Origin: Candidatus Eiseniibacteriota bacterium
GTDB lineage: Bacteria > Eisenbacteria > RBG-16-71-46 > DASYSL01
DNA length: 35,104 nt
Direction: 5' to 3'
Assembly (NCBI GenBank): GCA_046598045.1
Contig: JBKJJJ010000186.1
Coordinates: 1 to 35,104, forward strand
A model generated the notes under the pieces. That model saw only the letters and a program-made list of their open reading frames with translations. It was not told where the DNA came from and made no database searches. Of the stretch, positions 1-8,940 are shown in pieces; the first letter of the stretch is position 1, and each line of letters opens with the position of its first letter. A program made the position numbers and the translations under genes.

Positions 1-155
1 CACGTCATCCCACCGATCCGGGATCGAGATCGGCTTGATGCACGACACCGCGCACAGCTCCGCACAACCGGGAGGCGCCTGCGCAAGAACGGGCGCCGCG
101 GCCAGGGTGGCCAGGGCGCCCGCAATCCCTGCGGCCGCGAAGATCGAGTTGGGTT

Positions 156-1139
156 TCATCCGCCGATCGAGCTCATGGTGATGGGGGCCTCCGGGCCGGA
201 ATAGCCGAGCGCCAAATGGTGGCTCTCGGGCTTGAGCTTCAGGGCTTCGAGAATGATGCCACGCAGGTCAGAAACCGTGGCGCCCGCGCGCAACGGTCCG
301 CGCAGGTCGCAGCCCGACTCGCCGAACAGGCAGAGCCGGAGCTTGCCCGCGGTGGTCAGGCGCACGCGGTTGCACGCGCCGCAGAACGTGTGCGACAGCG
401 GCGTGATGAAGCCGACCGAGCCGAGCGCGCCCTCATAGCGGAACTCGGCGGCGGGCCCGGCAAGCGGGCCGGTGTCGACCGGCGTCCACGGCGCGATCGC
501 CTCGAGGCGGCCGCGGATCGTGTCGGTCGAGACGTACTGGCTCACCTGCTTGCCCGGGTTCTGGCGCATCGGCATGACCTCGATGAAGCGGATCGTCCAC
601 GGCTTCGTGAACGAGAGGCGCGCCATGGCCTCGATCTCCATGTCGTTGACGCCCTTCATCACGACCATGTTGAGCTTGATCGGCGTCAGGCCGGCCTCCT
701 CGGCGGCGGCGATGCCGTCCATGACCTGCGCGAGCGAGGCGTTGACCGAGATCTTCTTGAACGAGTCCGGATCGAGAGTGTCGAGCGAGACGTTGACGCG
801 CTTGAGCCCGGCCGTTTTCAGCGCGAAAGCGTGGGCGCGAAGGAGCACCGCGTTGGTCGAGAGCGCGAGATCCTCGACGCCGGGCAGCGCCGCGAGGCGC
901 GCCACCATCGTGGGCAGGTCCTTGCGCACGAGCGGCTCGCCGCCCGTGAGTCGGAACTTGCGAACGCCCAGCCCCACCAGCGCCTCGGCGATCGTCCCGA
1001 TCTCCTCATAGGAGAGAATGCTGTCCGGCGTCTCGCCGCCGAGATAGCCGTCGGGCATGCAATACGAGCACCGGAGATTGCAGCGGTCGGTGACCGAGAT
1101 GCGTACGTAGCGAATGGCGCGTCCGAAGGGATCGATCAT
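156..1139 (-). CDS. moaA: GTP 3',8-cyclase MoaA (radical SAM, molybdenum cofactor biosynthesis)
   Basis: N-terminal DPFGR..YVRISVTDRCNLRCSYCMP (CxxxCxxC), LTGGEPLVR, C-terminal cluster FCGACNRVRL...LRLCL, ends MSSIGG. Confidence 0.96.
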   Translation of the reverse strand: MIDPFGRAIRYVRISVTDRCNLRCSYCMPDGYLGGETPDSILSYEEIGTIAEALVGLGVRKFRLTGGEPLVRKDLPTMVARLAALPGVEDLALSTNAVLLRAHAFALKTAGLKRVNVSLDTLDPDSFKKISVNASLAQVMDGIAAAEEAGLTPIKLNMVVMKGVNDMEIEAMARLSFTKPWTIRFIEVMPMRQNPGKQVSQYVSTDTIRGRLEAIAPWTPVDTGPLAGPAAEFRYEGALGSVGFITPLSHTFCGACNRVRLTTAGKLRLCLFGESGCDLRGPLRAGATVSDLRGIILEALKLKPESHHLALGYSGPEAPITMSSIGG

Positions 1140-1148
1140 GAGACCTCA

Positions 1149-1157
1149 AGGGTAGCA
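1149..1157 (-). promoter_or_regulatory. Putative extended -10 promoter element for moaA
   Basis: Minus strand reads TGCTACCCT (TGnTAnnnT), 9 nt before the ATG at 1139. Confidence 0.45.
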
Positions 1158-1282
1158 CGCGACAAGGCCCACGGTCACCTCGCTCACGGCCCGGATGCGG
1201 GACGGTTCCAGGCGGGCTAACGTCCAGCCAATGTGCAGCTTCCGGTTGTTTCGGTCCCCGTGAACGTGTAGCGTGCGCGGCG

Positions 1283-2569
1283 ATGACCGAGTTCAAGTTT
1301 CTCCAACTCTCCGACCTGCACCTCGGGCGCCCGTTCACCTGGCTCCCGGCCGCCATCGCCGAGAAGCGTCGCGCCGATCAGCGCGAACTGCTCTGGCGCG
1401 CGGTCAAGCTTGCGATCGATCGCAGGCTGGGCGCGATCCTGATCGTGGGCGACCTGTTCGACGGCGAGGTGGCCGACCGCGAGACCGTCGGCCGCGCGAT
1501 CGAGTGCGTGTCGCAGGAGGGCTGCCCGCCCGTCTTCATCGCGCCGGGCAATCACGATTGCTTCTCGCGCTCGACGTTCTACTACGACAATCGCCGGCTC
1601 GCCGCCGCCGGCCAGGCGCCGTGGCCCGCGCACGTGACGATCTTCGGCTCGCCGCGCTTCGAGGCCGTCAAGGTCCCCGGGAGAGACGACGTCACCGTGT
1701 GGGGGCGCTGCGTTCACGAGAACGTCGACTCGAGCGAGCGCGTGCTCGCCGAGGACAAGCCCGCGCTCGAGGCCGGGCGCCTGCACCTCCTCATGGTGCA
1801 TGGCTCGCGCGATGGCTCGCTGCCGCCGGGCAAGCGCGTGACCGCACCGTTCAACGACGAAGAGCTGCTCGCCTGGGGCGCCGACTACGCCGCGCTCGGG
1901 CACTATCACCGCCCCGCGCAGATCCTGGACGGCGAGGGCGTCGTACGCGCGGCCTATGCGGGCTCGCCGATCGCGCTCGCCATCGACGAGACCGGGCCAC
2001 GCCACGTGCAGGTGGTCACCGTCGAGCACAACGGGCTCCACCGCCGCGTCGAGCTCGAGCCGCTCGAACTGGATCGCCGGCGCCTCCATCGCCTCGAGGT
2101 CTCGGCCGCGGGCGTGGGCTCGCCCGAGGGCCTCAAGACGCGCATCGACGAGGCGCTCGAGACCGCGCTCGTGGGCAAGGACGACCTCGTGATCGTCACG
2201 CTCACCGGCCGCACCCGCCCGGGCCTCGACTTGAGGCCCAAGGCCGACGACGAGGCCGCGCGCTGGTTCTGGCTCAAGATCGACGCCTCCGGCCTGCGGC
2301 CCGATTACGACCTCTCGATCTATCGCCGCGGCGAGCCGCGCACGACCGAGGAGCGGTTCGCGCGGTCGCTGCTCGCGGAGATGGACCAGACCAGCGATCC
2401 CGCGAAGAAGCGTGTGCTCGAAGCCGCGCTCTACTACGGCCTCGACGCGCTCAAGCTGGGCGACGTCGCGCCGCGCTACGAGTTCACGGCCGACAGCGCC
2501 GGCGCGGTGACGCCCGCGTCGTCGCCCGCCGGCAATGCGGCCATGCCGCCCGAGGGCGAGGCGCGATGA
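1283..2569 (+). CDS. SbcD/Mre11-like (YhaO-type) metallophosphoesterase DNA nuclease
   Basis: Phosphoesterase motifs SDLHLG, GDLFD, PGNHD, MVHGS, ALGHYH and YAGSP; stop overlaps the ATG of the downstream SMC-like ATPase (ATGA). Confidence 0.9.
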   Translation: MTEFKFLQLSDLHLGRPFTWLPAAIAEKRRADQRELLWRAVKLAIDRRLGAILIVGDLFDGEVADRETVGRAIECVSQEGCPPVFIAPGNHDCFSRSTFYYDNRRLAAAGQAPWPAHVTIFGSPRFEAVKVPGRDDVTVWGRCVHENVDSSERVLAEDKPALEAGRLHLLMVHGSRDGSLPPGKRVTAPFNDEELLAWGADYAALGHYHRPAQILDGEGVVRAAYAGSPIALAIDETGPRHVQVVTVEHNGLHRRVELEPLELDRRRLHRLEVSAAGVGSPEGLKTRIDEALETALVGKDDLVIVTLTGRTRPGLDLRPKADDEAARWFWLKIDASGLRPDYDLSIYRRGEPRTTEERFARSLLAEMDQTSDPAKKRVLEAALYYGLDALKLGDVAPRYEFTADSAGAVTPASSPAGNAAMPPEGEAR

Positions 2570-5457
2570 TCCTGCGCCGGCTCCGCGTCGAGGGCTTCGG
2601 CGGCCTGCACGGCGAGTGGCAGTTCGATCCCGCGCGCATCAACCTGCTGGTCGGGGAGAACGAGCTCGGCAAGACCACGCTCGCCTCCGCGATCACGGCC
2701 GCGCTGTTCGGCCTCGAGTCCGACAAGCGCTCGTATCGCGATGGCCGGGCGACCCCGTTCGACCATTACAAGCCATGGAACGGGCGGCCCTACGCGCTCG
2801 AACTCGAGTTCGACGTGCGCGGCAAGCGCTACGTCATCAACCGGCACTTCGGCAACAACAAGCTGACCGTGCTCGAGAACGGGCGCGACGCGACCGAGGA
2901 CTTCCGCCACGGCTCGGGCGAGTACAAGGTGGGCGAGGAGCTGCTCGGCCTGAGCGGCCCGGAGCAGTTTGCGCGCACCGCGCTGTGGCTGCAGGCCGGC
3001 CCGACGCGGCTCGGCGGCGACGACGTGCGCCCCGATGGATCGCTCACGGCGCTGCTCGACGGCATGGCCTCGAGCGTCACCGGCGATGCCTCGTCGGCGG
3101 GCGCGATGCAGGTGCTCGACGATGCGCTGCGCAGCTACAAGGGCCACGCCCAGACCGGCATGATCCAGAACGAGATCAAGAAGCTCGGCGTCGGCCTCGC
3201 GGCGACGGCGACCGACCTCACCGCGGCCGAGAGCGACCGCGCGCAGCTCGCCGAGACGCTCTCTCGCCTCGCCGACCTCGAAGAGGAGGAGACCCGCCTC
3301 GGCCACGCGCTCGAGGACGCGCGACGCGCCGGCGCGCGGCAGCGCCTGGCCGAGCTCGAGCAGGCGCTCGCGCGCGACGTGCGCGATCACGAGCAACTCG
3401 CGCAGTGGCGCGAGGAGCTGACGCGCCTCGAGCCGGCGCGCGCGTTTCCGCGCGATGCCGGCCAGCGGCTCAGCCAGGCGCAGGCCGAACGCGAGACCGC
3501 GCAGCGCACGCTCGACGCGCTCACCCAGAGCCGCCAGCAGGACCTGGGCGCGCCGCGGCTCGAGATCGAGACCGCGCTCGCGACCTACGACCGGCTTGCG
3601 TGGGCCGAGCCCGGCCACATCGAGGAATTGGCCGGCCTCGAGCGCGAGCTCGACCGCGTCAAGGAGCAGGTCCGGGTCGCGGCCGAGAAGCGCGCCGAGC
3701 TCGAGAAGGAACTGGCGGCGCGCGGCGTCTCGCTCGAGCGTGTGGCCGAGCTGAGCGCGCGCTTCGGCGTACTGACGGGCGAGGACAAGACGCTGCTCAC
3801 GCAGTACCCGGCGCAGACGCAGGCGATCGTCGTCGACGGCGAGAACGCCCAGCACGCGCAGTCCGGTGCCTCGGCGGTGATCGACCAGATCGCCTCGGCG
3901 CGCGCGCGCTTGCGCGGCATCGGCCTTGCGGCAGGCGTGGTCGGCCTGATTGCCGGGGGCGCTTCGGTGTGGCTCGCGATCAATGCGCACGTGGTCGAGA
4001 GCTTCGTCGGACTGGGCGCCACGCTGATCGCTCTCGCGGCGGCGATCCTTCTGCTGCTGCAGAGCGCGTCGCACCTCAAGCACGAGCGCGCTGAGGCGCT
4101 CAAGCTCATGCTCGATGCGCAGCGCCGCCTCGGCGAGCTCAAGACGCGGCGGCGCGAGCGCGAGGAGATGCTCGAGCAACTCGCCAGGCGCCTCGGCTTC
4201 GAGGACGTCACGGGCCTGCTGCGCGAACACGGCGAGCACCTCCGCCTCACGGTCGAGAGCCAGCGCATGGGCTGGCTCGAGGAGGACCGCGCGCGTTCCA
4301 CGCAGGCCGAGGCGGCGGCCGCGGCGTCGGTTCGGGGCTGGGCGCAACGCGCGGCCATGGCCGAGGACCTGGCTCCGCATGAGACGATCGCGCGCCTCCG
4401 CCAGGGCATCGGCGCCGTGCTCGACGCGCGCACGCGGGCCCGCGCGCTCGACCAGGTGGAGCGCAAGATCAGCGCGCAGGAGGACGAGGCCGGGAAGCGC
4501 CTCGAGGCCGCGGAAGCCGAGATCGTCGCGGTTGCGCGGGCGCTCGGGCTCGACTCCGGAGCCGGGCCGGCTCCGGACGCCGCACAGCTGGCGGCGCGCG
4601 CGGACGCGCGGGGGAAGGACCACGCACGGCTCACCGCGCTCGAGGGCGAGCTTCTGCCCGCGCTCGAGGCGCGCACGCTCGACGCCGCCACCCGCGCCGC
4701 GCACGAGGCCGAGATCGCGAAGTTCAAGGGCCTGATCGAGAAGGCGGGCGAGGCGGGCCCGCAGATCGCCAGCGCTGCGGCGGCCGACCCGGCCGCGCTC
4801 GAACGCGAGCTTGCGGGGGTGCGCCGCGAACGTCTCGACCTGGTCGCGCGGGTCGGCGGGCGCGAGCGCGACGCCTCCAATCGCATCGCGCGCCTGATCG
4901 GCGAGCGCGACATCTTCCAGGTCGCGCTCGAACGCGCGAAGCGCTTCAAGGAGTCGGTTGAGCTGGCGCGCGAGCGCTTTCAGACCGTCGCGCGCGAGAC
5001 GCACGCGCGCTGGTCCGAGAGCCTGTCCGGCCGCGTCGACGAATTGCTCACGCGCTTCGGCCTGACCCACCAGAGCTTCCAGATCTCCGACCGTCTCGAG
5101 CTGTCGCTCGCGCTCGCGGGGGAGCGCCTGACGCAGGCCCGGCTCGACCAGGCGCTGTCGGCCGGCGCGCGGGACCAGGTGAGCCTCGCGCTGCGGCTCG
5201 CGATCTGCGAATACCTCGCGCGCGGCGGCGAGAAGCTCCCGCTCGTGCTCGACGATCCACTCGCCTCGAGCGACGAGGATCGAACAATGCGCCTTTTCCG
5301 TACACTGGCCGAGGCCGTGCGCGCCGGGCACCAGATCGTTCTGATGACATGCCATCGTGCCAAAATCGAGGCCGCCCGTGCCTCCGAACCCGCGTGGTTC
5401 GCGGATTCCGTGGCCTTGATCGACCTCGCGCCAAACGGCCATCGCCGCAACACTTGA
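2566..5457 (+). CDS. SbcC/Rad50-like (YhaN-type) SMC ABC-ATPase, 963 aa, with a central hydrophobic hairpin
   Basis: Start reassigned to ATG 2566 (MILRRLRVEGFG). Walker A GENELGKTT, long coiled coil, signature LSAGARDQ, Walker B VLDDPL, H-loop MTCH. Confidence 0.88.
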   Translation: MILRRLRVEGFGGLHGEWQFDPARINLLVGENELGKTTLASAITAALFGLESDKRSYRDGRATPFDHYKPWNGRPYALELEFDVRGKRYVINRHFGNNKLTVLENGRDATEDFRHGSGEYKVGEELLGLSGPEQFARTALWLQAGPTRLGGDDVRPDGSLTALLDGMASSVTGDASSAGAMQVLDDALRSYKGHAQTGMIQNEIKKLGVGLAATATDLTAAESDRAQLAETLSRLADLEEEETRLGHALEDARRAGARQRLAELEQALARDVRDHEQLAQWREELTRLEPARAFPRDAGQRLSQAQAERETAQRTLDALTQSRQQDLGAPRLEIETALATYDRLAWAEPGHIEELAGLERELDRVKEQVRVAAEKRAELEKELAARGVSLERVAELSARFGVLTGEDKTLLTQYPAQTQAIVVDGENAQHAQSGASAVIDQIASARARLRGIGLAAGVVGLIAGGASVWLAINAHVVESFVGLGATLIALAAAILLLLQSASHLKHERAEALKLMLDAQRRLGELKTRRREREEMLEQLARRLGFEDVTGLLREHGEHLRLTVESQRMGWLEEDRARSTQAEAAAAASVRGWAQRAAMAEDLAPHETIARLRQGIGAVLDARTRARALDQVERKISAQEDEAGKRLEAAEAEIVAVARALGLDSGAGPAPDAAQLAARADARGKDHARLTALEGELLPALEARTLDAATRAAHEAEIAKFKGLIEKAGEAGPQIASAAAADPAALERELAGVRRERLDLVARVGGRERDASNRIARLIGERDIFQVALERAKRFKESVELARERFQTVARETHARWSESLSGRVDELLTRFGLTHQSFQISDRLELSLALAGERLTQARLDQALSAGARDQVSLALRLAICEYLARGGEKLPLVLDDPLASSDEDRTMRLFRTLAEAVRAGHQIVLMTCHRAKIEAARASEPAWFADSVALIDLAPNGHRRNT

Positions 5458-5483
5458 CAATTTCGTGGATTCGCGGTGATTGT
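5454..5483 (+). promoter_or_regulatory. Putative sigma-70 promoter for the outer-membrane protein gene
   Basis: Perfect TTGACA at 5454-5459, then an AT-richer spacer and a weak -10 (GATTGT); strong SD AAGGAGGA before ATG 5568. Confidence 0.45.
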
Positions 5484-5567
5484 GAGGGGTCCGTGGGTCC
5501 CCGCCCCGGCGGCGCAGACACACGCGCACTCGTAGGGATGCGCAAGTGCTTCGACAAGGAGGAATGA

Positions 5568-6137
5568 ATGCGACACGCGATACTAATGGTACCCGTCTTG
5601 CTGGCCCTGACGGTGAGCGTGGCCGCGGCCGATTCCGTGATCGGGATCGGTGCGTTTGGCGGTGTGGGAATCCCGACGGGCGGTCAGAAGAAGTTCACGA
5701 ATGAATCCAAGGCTGGCAACAACATGGGCGTCCGGTTTCCGATGGCGTTCAGCAAGGCGTTCAGCCTCGAGCCGTTCATGGAGCGCATCGAGGGCAAGCC
5801 GGACCAGCCCTACAGCGGCACCTTGGACGGCTACGACGTGATGTCCTATGGCATGAACCTCGGCATCGGACGTCTTGTGCGCAATCACGGTGGACTGCAC
5901 CTGACGCCGTTCGTCGGCGGTATGCTCTCCAAGCCTCGTCGCGAGCTTGGCCCGTCCGGAAATCAGTTCGGCTGGCAGGGCGGTCTCCAGATCGGCCTGC
6001 ACGGCTCCGAGACGATGCACTGGGACGTGCGCGGCACGTACCAGTCGATCTCCAAGTTGGACAAGGAAGGCGAGACCAAGCCCCGCAACTACCTCAACAT
6101 TTCGCTCGGCCTGACCTGCGTGGTTGCTCCGCGGTAG
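5568..6137 (+). CDS. Outer-membrane beta-barrel protein (small, OmpW/OmpA-TM-like)
   Basis: Signal peptide MRHAILMVPVLLALTVSVAAA; alternating amphipathic strands (IGIGAFGG, YGMNLGIG, LTPFVGG, FGWQGGLQIG, WDVRGTY, YLNISLGLT). Confidence 0.7.
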   Translation: MRHAILMVPVLLALTVSVAAADSVIGIGAFGGVGIPTGGQKKFTNESKAGNNMGVRFPMAFSKAFSLEPFMERIEGKPDQPYSGTLDGYDVMSYGMNLGIGRLVRNHGGLHLTPFVGGMLSKPRRELGPSGNQFGWQGGLQIGLHGSETMHWDVRGTYQSISKLDKEGETKPRNYLNISLGLTCVVAPR

Positions 6138-6155
6138 TGCCCAACCAGGCCGGAA

Positions 6156-6201
6156 CGAAAACAGCGCCGGATCCCTCGCGGGGTCCGGCGCTCTTCATTT
6201 T
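6156..6201. terminator. Bidirectional intrinsic terminator between convergent genes
   Basis: Hairpin AGCGCCGGATCCC-TCGC-GGGGTCCGGCGCT (6163-6192), with AAAA on the left and CTTCATTTT on the right. Confidence 0.8.
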
Positions 6202-6212
6202 GCCGCGATGCG

Positions 6213-7469
6213 CTAGAACCCGTTCATGATCCCGAGGAACGCGGGTGGTCCCTCGAACGCCCGGTCGAGCTTCTCCGCCGCCCGCGTGCTGCCCGTCGCC
6301 AACCCCTGCGCCAGCAGCAACCGCGCCGACGCTCCCCCCATGTAGACCTGCGCCAGGCTCGCCACCGGTAGTGTGACGCGGTCCCTCGCGGCACGGCCGG
6401 GAGTCACGCGCGCGCCCCGGGCGCCGAACGTGATGTCGAGGCCGCGCGTGTGCGCGGGGAACACGGGGTCCTCGAGGTCGAGCCCGATCCTGCCGCGCGC
6501 GCCGTTGGCCGCGGGACCGGGGTGGAGCGCGAACGCCTCCGCCACGTCGACCAGGCGGAGCATCGCGCCCCCGGCGGCGAGCCCGGTGGTCTGGAACATG
6601 CGCAGGGACTCGGGCGCGCCGAGGTACTCGAAGTCGCGCAATAGCCCGCTCGCCTGGCCCCTCGGCAACGTGAGTTCGATCATCTTGAACTGGTCGCCGA
6701 GCGCCTCGAAGTAACCGAGCAGCCCGCGGAAGGCATCGGGCGTGAGCGCGACCAACTCGCGGATCTGCGCCTGCTGGCGGGGATACGGCGGATCGACTGG
6801 CACCTCGTACAGCGCGTAACCCTCCGGCTTTTTCGTGCGCGGGTTGGTGTAGACCACGCCCTCATTGACGCGCGGCCACACGCGGATGTCCCACCACGCA
6901 TCCTTGCGCACGAATGCGCCCGTGCCGAGAGCGCGCGACTTCTCGTAGAGGCGGCGGACCAGCGGCTGGTCGGCGGGGCGTTCGAGGTGCCGCACGTTGC
7001 GCCGCAGCAGCGAGGCCGGCAGCCGGGACGGCGCGACCCGCGCGTGGTCCACCCACTCGACCACGCCGTAGCCGAACTTGCGATAGAACGACATGCGGAA
7101 CGCGTAAAGCATCGACAGGGCCTCGCCGCGGCGCTTCATCTGGCGGTGGAGCCCGACCAACAGCGCGTCGGCCACGCCGCGCCGACGAAACTCGGGCGTG
7201 ACCGCGACGGCGGCGATCCCGCGCACGGGCACGTCCTTGCCCATCAGGCTCATCGAAAACCGGTAGCCGGAGGCATGGCCCGCGATCTTCCCGCCGATGG
7301 TCACGACCAGGGTGTCGTCGGTCGCGAGGTAGGGGTTGTCTTTGAACACGTTGCGCAGCCACAGCTCGCGCTCGCCCGAGCGGAAGGAGCGAAAGCCGCT
7401 CCCGGCGAGTTCCTCCTCCTCGCCCTTGCGCATCGCGCGCAGCACGAGCTTGTCGGATCGGGTCGTCAC
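6213..7469 (-). CDS. Eis-family GNAT acetyltransferase (tandem GNAT plus SCP2-like domain), 418 aa
   Basis: Start reassigned to GTG 7469 (SD GGAGG; overlaps the upstream TGA). IAAVAVTPEFRRRGVA acetyl-CoA motif, LYAF..FYRKFGY, MLRLVDV..A, LAQVYMG, terminal F. Confidence 0.85.
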   Translation of the reverse strand: MTTRSDKLVLRAMRKGEEEELAGSGFRSFRSGERELWLRNVFKDNPYLATDDTLVVTIGGKIAGHASGYRFSMSLMGKDVPVRGIAAVAVTPEFRRRGVADALLVGLHRQMKRRGEALSMLYAFRMSFYRKFGYGVVEWVDHARVAPSRLPASLLRRNVRHLERPADQPLVRRLYEKSRALGTGAFVRKDAWWDIRVWPRVNEGVVYTNPRTKKPEGYALYEVPVDPPYPRQQAQIRELVALTPDAFRGLLGYFEALGDQFKMIELTLPRGQASGLLRDFEYLGAPESLRMFQTTGLAAGGAMLRLVDVAEAFALHPGPAANGARGRIGLDLEDPVFPAHTRGLDITFGARGARVTPGRAARDRVTLPVASLAQVYMGGASARLLLAQGLATGSTRAAEKLDRAFEGPPAFLGIMNGF

Positions 7470-8866
7470 AGGGGTGCCTCCAGCGTTGTTTCGTACACGG
7501 CGTAGTCGTTGCCCACGGCGTGCATGTCGGGGCCGTCGTAGCGGCGCCCGTGGGCGCTCGCGCTCTGCACTTCGTCGTTCTGCTGTCCGGGTCCGAACGA
7601 TGCCATCAGGCGCACGCGGACCACGCCCTGCGGCAGCGGGCCCGACAGCGGCACGAGCGGCTGTGTCGTGAAGCGCCCGAGCGTCACGAGCGCGGTCGAG
7701 GTCGCGACCGCGTCGTACTGGGGCTCGCCCGCTGCGCCCTTGCCGGCCGCGCGCAGGCGCTGCAGCGCGACGGTGACCTTCGTCCCGTCGGGGAAACCGG
7801 TCGCGCCCTGCGCCACGATGCCGCCGGAGGTGTCGCGCACGAGGCGGATCTCGTCCACGGGACCGTCTTCGAACGTCTGGACGAACACCTTGCCCTGGCG
7901 CGACGAGTCGGGGGCGGCGGCCGCGCTTCCCGCGTGCTTCGCCGCCGGAGCGCCGCCGCAACCGGCGAGGCTGCCCACGCAGGCGAACGCGACGACGAGC
8001 ACCAGCGCGTGCGTGGACGGCTTGCTCCCCCGCGCACGCCGAAGCCCGATGTACCACAGTGCGTTGCCGAGCAGGATCAGCGCGGCGATCATGAGGTGCG
8101 CGAGCGACTGCGCGTCCATGCCGCGCGTCGCGGTGGCCGCGTGGCCGAGCAGCGTCTCGTACTCGGCCGCGCCCGCCATGCCGCCGAGCAGGCCGCGCAC
8201 CTGGCCCGACTGGAGGTAGGGGAAGAAATCCGGCGCCATCACGCCCGTCAGCCCTGCGACCAGCGGCACATGGAAGCGCCCCTGCGCCTGTTGCACCCAG
8301 ATCGGGGCCGCGCTCGTGGCCGCGATCTCGACCACCATCTTTGCGTCCCCCAGGCGGTCGATGCGGTCCATGAGCGGCAGGCTGGTGAGCGGCGTGCCCT
8401 GCGTGTCGTTGGGAAACGTGTTTCGGATGCTCGCGCCCATGGCGAGCACCACGACCTCGTTGCCGCTCTTGTAGCCCAGGTTGACGAAATCCACGCCGTA
8501 CTTCTTGCCGAGCGGCGGACCGACCTCGGCGAACGCGCGGTCGGCCATCGGCGGGCCGGCCGGCTGCATGGTCACCGTGATCACGCCGACGTTCTTCTCG
8601 AGCAGGCGGCGCAGCGTCGCGACCGCCATGGGGTGGACCTCGGCGGTGAACGCGGGGTCGTATTCGAACGGCATGATCACGATCGACCCGTCGGGGATCG
8701 ACTCGATCGCGTCGTGATAGCGGCGCGCCGGGCCGCTGATCGCGAGCGGCAGCTTGACCGGCCGCAGGAGCGGCACGAGCACGACGACGAACATCGCGAG
8801 GAAGATCCAGCGCCGGTCGAGACGGGTCAGGCGCGTGAGCAGGTCGGCTTTCGGCTGGTCGGTCAT
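7466..8866 (-). CDS. Conserved hypothetical membrane protein, apparently fused to a lipoprotein-like C-terminal domain
   Basis: N-terminal TM (DRRWIFLAMFVVVLVPLL), YGVDFVNLGYK, PYLQSGQ..GLLGGM.GAAEYE and MDAQSLAH motifs of an uncharacterised family; then a hydrophobic stretch ending in LAGC and a beta-rich domain. Confidence 0.7.
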   Translation of the reverse strand: MTDQPKADLLTRLTRLDRRWIFLAMFVVVLVPLLRPVKLPLAISGPARRYHDAIESIPDGSIVIMPFEYDPAFTAEVHPMAVATLRRLLEKNVGVITVTMQPAGPPMADRAFAEVGPPLGKKYGVDFVNLGYKSGNEVVVLAMGASIRNTFPNDTQGTPLTSLPLMDRIDRLGDAKMVVEIAATSAAPIWVQQAQGRFHVPLVAGLTGVMAPDFFPYLQSGQVRGLLGGMAGAAEYETLLGHAATATRGMDAQSLAHLMIAALILLGNALWYIGLRRARGSKPSTHALVLVVAFACVGSLAGCGGAPAAKHAGSAAAAPDSSRQGKVFVQTFEDGPVDEIRLVRDTSGGIVAQGATGFPDGTKVTVALQRLRAAGKGAAGEPQYDAVATSTALVTLGRFTTQPLVPLSGPLPQGVVRVRLMASFGPGQQNDEVQSASAHGRRYDGPDMHAVGNDYAVYETTLEAPL

Positions 8867-8876
8867 GGCGCGCGCG

Positions 8877-8932
8877 AGGTTAACAAACGGCGGCCCCGCG
8901 CCCTTGTGAAATCGCGGTCCGAGCCATAAACT
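8877..8932. promoter_or_regulatory. Divergent promoter pair
   Basis: Plus strand: TTGTGA(8904-8909)-17 nt-TAAACT(8927-8932), 8 nt before ATG 8941. Minus strand: TGTTAACCT (8885-8877), 10 nt before ATG 8866. Confidence 0.55.
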
Positions 8933-8940
8933 CCGGGGCC

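Noticed and set aside
90..122. Short dyad/direct repeat (GGCCAGGG x2 within CGGGCGCC...GGCGCCCG) downstream of moaA
   Set aside because: Short, GC-only and without a U-tract; not distinguishable from background
1140..1282. Moco riboswitch upstream of moaA
   Set aside because: I could not find the conserved Moco/Wco elements on the minus strand, and a -10 box 9 nt from the ATG leaves no room for a leader
1273..2565. N-terminal 431 aa of the 1394-aa ORF, as a possible nuclease-ATPase fusion or frameshift
   Set aside because: Arg-rich off-frame shadow of the SbcD-like gene; the real ATPase starts at ATG 2566 with an ATGA overlap
2476..5529. 1017-aa antisense ORF, and similar long ORFs such as 27243..30824, 22581..24485, 17730..19616 and 32212..34320
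   Set aside because: Stop-poor shadow frames expected at about 70% GC; no motifs beyond the real genes embedded at their 3' ends
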